Below are positions 60,303-64,000 of a stretch of 64,000 nt of DNA, piece by piece (positions within the stretch are counted from its first letter, which is position 1; every line of letters starts with the position of its first letter). Location: positions 7,070,001 to 7,134,000 of the forward strand of contig CM075991.1 in assembly GCA_038087875.1 (NCBI GenBank), written 5' to 3'. The position numbers and the translations under genes were made by a program. Below the pieces are notes generated by a model. The model was not told where the DNA came from. It saw nothing but the letters and a program-made list of their open reading frames with translations, and did not search any database. The stretch comes from Malacoraja senta. Taxonomy: Eukaryota.

Positions 60303-60868
60303 AGGGGCTGTCCCACTGCGGCGACCTAATTGGCAAATTTAGAAGAGTTTAGGAGAGTTTGAAAAATGTCATGTTGAAGACCTCCTTCGACTATGTAGAA
60401 GACCTCCTTCGACTACGTTGAAGATTAGCTACGACTTGCTTCGACTAGCTTCGGGAAAATTGGACACCGAATAGTGGAGAGTGAAGACGATCTCCTTCGA
60501 TCTCCTTCGACCTCCCTTCGACTATGTTGAAGACTATCTATGACTACCTTCGACTACCTTCGATTACCTTCGACTACCCTCGATTACCTACGAATAATAT
60601 GCCGACCTACTACGACCTACTTTGACTAAACCTACGAGTAAAAAAAAAAGAGATTTTTTTTTCCATGGCGATCTTTTTTTACTCGCGGGCATTTTTCAGC
60701 ACGTTGAAAAATACCTAGCGGAGGCCTCGAGTACGCGGGGACTACTCTCGAGCATGAAGGAGAGTTACAAAGACCTCCTAGGACCTCGTGTCGACCATGC
60801 TGCGAGTATGAGTCGAGGGCAAACTCTTCTAAACTTGCCAATTAGGTTGCCGCAGTGGGACAGCCCCT
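60303..60868. mobile_element. PIF/Harbinger-like MITE 6
   Basis: TAA|aggggctgtcccactgcggcgacctaattggcaaatttagaagagttt with an inverted match of about 48 bp at the right end, then |TAA; internal CTTCGACTAC-type arrays. Confidence 0.9.
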
Positions 60869-61284
60869 TAAGCTTGATGAGCAATTAACCTTTCCTTCTG
60901 GGGAACCAAGACACTGAGAGAAAGACACTTGCTTTTATTGAATGGGTGTTGTGTGATCTCCAGTATCCACATGAAGCAACAGAAGAAGTGAAAAATGACT
61001 CATTTAGATTTTAATTCCAACACTAAGCCTTTGAAAATAGGAAAGTCTCAGTATGGTTCTGGTATATTAGCTCGGATCATCTCAAAATCAGGCCTTCCGG
61101 TGGCGTCATGTTAGACTAACAGACGTGCACCCAGCTCCTCTCCCGAAAAACTTCACGATTTATCGTGTAAAACGGGTCCGAAAATCGGGATTGTTTTTAA
61201 AAACCTTACCGGAGCTTCTGGTTACCGCGCTGATGACGTCATCGTTAAACGCGATGTTTTAAACGGTGGTTTGAAGCCCTTTAA

Positions 61285-62343
61285 ATGAGTAAATTGACTC
61301 CAGCTGTGAGCCCTCAGAGAGCTGTGAATAAACTGTCGAAACAGTTCGAAATTGAAGTTACCTCTGAAGTCTCTGAAGTGGCTGCAGAAATGGATACAAG
61401 ATCTAAGAAAGACTTTGATGACTTGAAAAAATCAATGAAAAATTTGAAAGATGAGATCTCGGATAATAGGGTGGAAGATAAGAAGGAAATGAAGGAAAAT
61501 TCGGCAAAAATGATGGAAGGAATGCAGAAGATGATGAAGGATTTAAATGCTGGTAACCAGAAGAATATGACGGATTTACTGGACACTATGAATAAACGAA
61601 TTGATGAGGTGAAAGATGGACTATCAGAGAAAATGGATAAGATGGATGTAATTACTACGGATAAGTTCACGGCTGTACTTGAAACAGTAGCTGCAAGTAT
61701 GCAGACAATCACGGAATTGGAGAAAAATACGGCACGACTGGTTGAAGACATGGCGAAATTGAGGCAAGAACATGAGCAAATGAGGCGAGAAAACGAACAA
61801 GCATCACTACAAATGGGGACTCAATTAGAGAAAGTCTCATTCAAATGCCTGGACCTGGAAGCTCGTTCTAGACGCCAGAATCTGAGGATTCTTGGTGTTT
61901 CAGAGGGGGCAGAAGGGGAACAGGTACGTGAATTTGCCATGGGCTTGTTGAATCTTCCCAAGGAACCGAAAATCGAAGTGGCTCATCGTGTCCCAAGATT
62001 TGGAAAAAGATTTGATGCGGGAAAAGCTTATCCACGACATATTATAGTGAAATTTCGAGACACTGCAGAACTGGAATATGTTATGACCCATATCAAATAT
62101 GGTGTACAATTACGGCTGGACAAAGACACTATTAAGATATTCAGGGACTACCCACATGAAATTGTGCAAAAAAGAAACAAATTTGATAAGGTTAAAGATC
62201 TTTTAAGAGGGAGAGAAGGGGTCAGATTCGGGGTTTTTTATCCCGCTAAAATGCGTATTTCTTTTAATGGTCTTGAAAAGTCATTTGTTAAGCCTGAAGA
62301 CGCTTTCAAATATGCCCAAACGATTGTTGAAAGACAGAAATAA
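61285..62343 (+). CDS. L1 ORF1p (coiled coil + RRM + CTD, Transposase_22-like), 352 aa
   Basis: long heptad-rich region, then DLEARSRRQNLRILGVSEG, IEVAHRV, PRHIIVKF, IFRDYP, YPAKMRI. Confidence 0.92.
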   Translation: MSKLTPAVSPQRAVNKLSKQFEIEVTSEVSEVAAEMDTRSKKDFDDLKKSMKNLKDEISDNRVEDKKEMKENSAKMMEGMQKMMKDLNAGNQKNMTDLLDTMNKRIDEVKDGLSEKMDKMDVITTDKFTAVLETVAASMQTITELEKNTARLVEDMAKLRQEHEQMRRENEQASLQMGTQLEKVSFKCLDLEARSRRQNLRILGVSEGAEGEQVREFAMGLLNLPKEPKIEVAHRVPRFGKRFDAGKAYPRHIIVKFRDTAELEYVMTHIKYGVQLRLDKDTIKIFRDYPHEIVQKRNKFDKVKDLLRGREGVRFGVFYPAKMRISFNGLEKSFVKPEDAFKYAQTIVERQK

Positions 62344-63148
62344 AAGGGAGCTTTGGCAGATCTGAATAATTCTCAGCTATGTTTTGTCTGGGGATAGTTA
62401 CATTGTTATCTCCGGAATGTTGAAGCAAGGACATTTTCTGTTCAAAACGTGTAAACAACTTTATAACGGGATATGAATTAGAAAATAATTGCTTATTGAT
62501 TAAAATGTTATAACCAATTGTAAGAACTTATCCTATTAACAACTTTAAAAGTTATGCAGGTTAGATTAGAATACTAACAAAAAAAACAAAAAAATAAGGA
62601 ACTAACATACTAATATGAATTTTTAATAAATTGTAACCTTGTCTATAAGCGGGAGGAGGGGATGAGAAACGAGCTCCTGGCTTATGTCCAGGAGCACGTC
62701 TCGTTAACCCCTTCAACCAACAGCTGATTCTTATTGAAATCAAAAATATTGGTTTAATAATTAAACTCTGATATATATATATGTTATAAGGAAATATCAG
62801 GGTAAAATTGTATTATATATATGAATGTGAGGCCTCGTTTTAATATTTTAATATGTTATGATTAACTAAGAGAGCGGAGCGAGTTGAGCAACAACGCAAT
62901 GGAAGTCAAAATAAGGTTTTTTCCCACCTACAGGTGGGTCACTTGCTACAGTGCCGACTATAGACACTGTAGCCTCACTTTTTTAGTTTTTTTTTTATTA
63001 CATAAAATCACTTGTTTGTGTTTTGTGTTTAGTGATAAGAATAATATGGACATACCAACAAAAGTTAATAATTCAAAAACTCCCCCAATACCTAAAGACG
63101 TGGGATATGGACGCACCACAAGATTCAAAGGTACTATAATTATTCAAA

Positions 63149-64000
63149 ATGCATGACACCACACAAAAGAACCTAGGAGGAGTCTCATTTTGTAGTTGGA
63201 ATATAAGAGGTATTAATGAACCTATCAAAAGGGGTAAGATATTAGCTCAGCTAAAAATGTATAATTCTGACATTACCTTCCTACAAGAAACACACCTAAA
63301 ACCTCAGGACCAAGTTAGGCTGAGGGCGAAATGGATAGGTCAAACATACCACTCTTCATTCACTTCAAAATCTAGAGGCACGTCAATTATCATAAGAAAA
63401 GGTATACCATTTAAAGCAAAGAATATTATAACAGATATAGAAGGGAGATACCTAATAGTTAATGGAGAAATCCATGACACTCCACTTACTTTGGTAAATA
63501 TATATGCCCCTAACTTTGATAACCCCCACTTTTTCAATAAAATCTTCAATATAATTGCAGAGTCAAACTATCAAAATGTTATAATAGGCGGAGACTTTAA
63601 TTGTGTTTTAGACCCGTACTTAGATAAATCAAGTCAAAAACAGAGAGGGAATATGAAATCGAAAACTGGGGAACTCCTCAATACCTACATAAACAACACT
63701 AATATAGCAGATGTTTGGAGAATTGTGAATCCAACTGGCAGGGAATATTCGTTTTACTCAATGGTACATAAGACATACTCACGTATAGACTACTTTCTGC
63801 TGGATACAAAATTAATCCCCCAAACATCTAATGCAATATATCATACAAATTCAATTTCAGACCATTCTCCACTAACTTTCTTTTTAAAACTGGAAGGATT
63901 GTCTAAGAATAATTCATTCTGGAGATTTAACTCTCAAATTTTAAAAGATCCACAAGCGAGTATATATTTAAAAGAACAAATGGAGGTCTTTTTTCAAACA
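63149..64000 (+). CDS. L1 ORF2p N-terminal APE endonuclease (partial, 284 codons, no stop before the edge)
   Basis: own translation: SWNIRGIN..FLQETHL..SRGTSII..GRYLIV..NIYAPN..GGDFN..DVWR..SRIDY..SDHSP..WRFN; absent from the ORF track because it has no stop codon in the window. Confidence 0.95.
   Translation, partial: MHDTTQKNLGGVSFCSWNIRGINEPIKRGKILAQLKMYNSDITFLQETHLKPQDQVRLRAKWIGQTYHSSFTSKSRGTSIIIRKGIPFKAKNIITDIEGRYLIVNGEIHDTPLTLVNIYAPNFDNPHFFNKIFNIIAESNYQNVIIGGDFNCVLDPYLDKSSQKQRGNMKSKTGELLNTYINNTNIADVWRIVNPTGREYSFYSMVHKTYSRIDYFLLDTKLIPQTSNAIYHTNSISDHSPLTFFLKLEGLSKNNSFWRFNSQILKDPQASIYLKEQMEVFFQT

Larger units (their letters stand above)
61091..64000 (+). mobile_element. L1-clade LINE, apparently 5'-complete, continuing past the window
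   Basis: CpG-rich 5' UTR beginning cttccggtggcg; ORF1; about 805-bp inter-ORF region; ORF2 endonuclease. Confidence 0.92.

Noticed and set aside
60370..60625. CRISPR-like or minisatellite array
   Set aside because: Degenerate units of about 10 bp without unique spacers, enclosed by MITE TIRs, in a eukaryotic context with no cas genes.
61314..61751. 145-aa antisense ORF within L1 ORF1
   Set aside because: Ser/Phe/Ile-rich mirror of a Lys/Glu/Met-rich coiled coil; expected by-product.

Overview
Eukaryotic, repeat-dense non-coding DNA, most likely a large intron or intergenic region of a cartilaginous fish. The species inference rests on HE1-like V-SINEs and HER1/CR1-like LINE 3' ends; a skate or ray is my guess. 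I recognise no host gene, only weak exon candidates. The window is a nested mosaic of CR1 LINE fragments, HE1-like SINEs, Rex1/Babar and L2-group LINEs, one Vingi/Ingi-like LINE fragment, six PIF/Harbinger-like MITEs, a hAT-like MITE and an apparently intact L1 running off the right edge. It also holds Penelope-like (GIY-YIG, Neptune-type) elements and dozens of short derivatives of their terminal repeat. The most interesting signals are RNA-level. (1) The Penelope terminal repeat carries a minimal hammerhead-ribozyme core, with more than 40 recognisable copies by manual count. (2) An HDV/CPEB3-like double-pseudoknot ribozyme fold lies inverted at the 5' junction of the Vingi-like element. (3) At least two ribozyme-bearing Penelope mini-elements appear to have been re-copied locally together with their unique flanking DNA. 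Boundaries of decayed repeats are approximate (about 10-30 bp), and family names come from motif recognition, not database searches.
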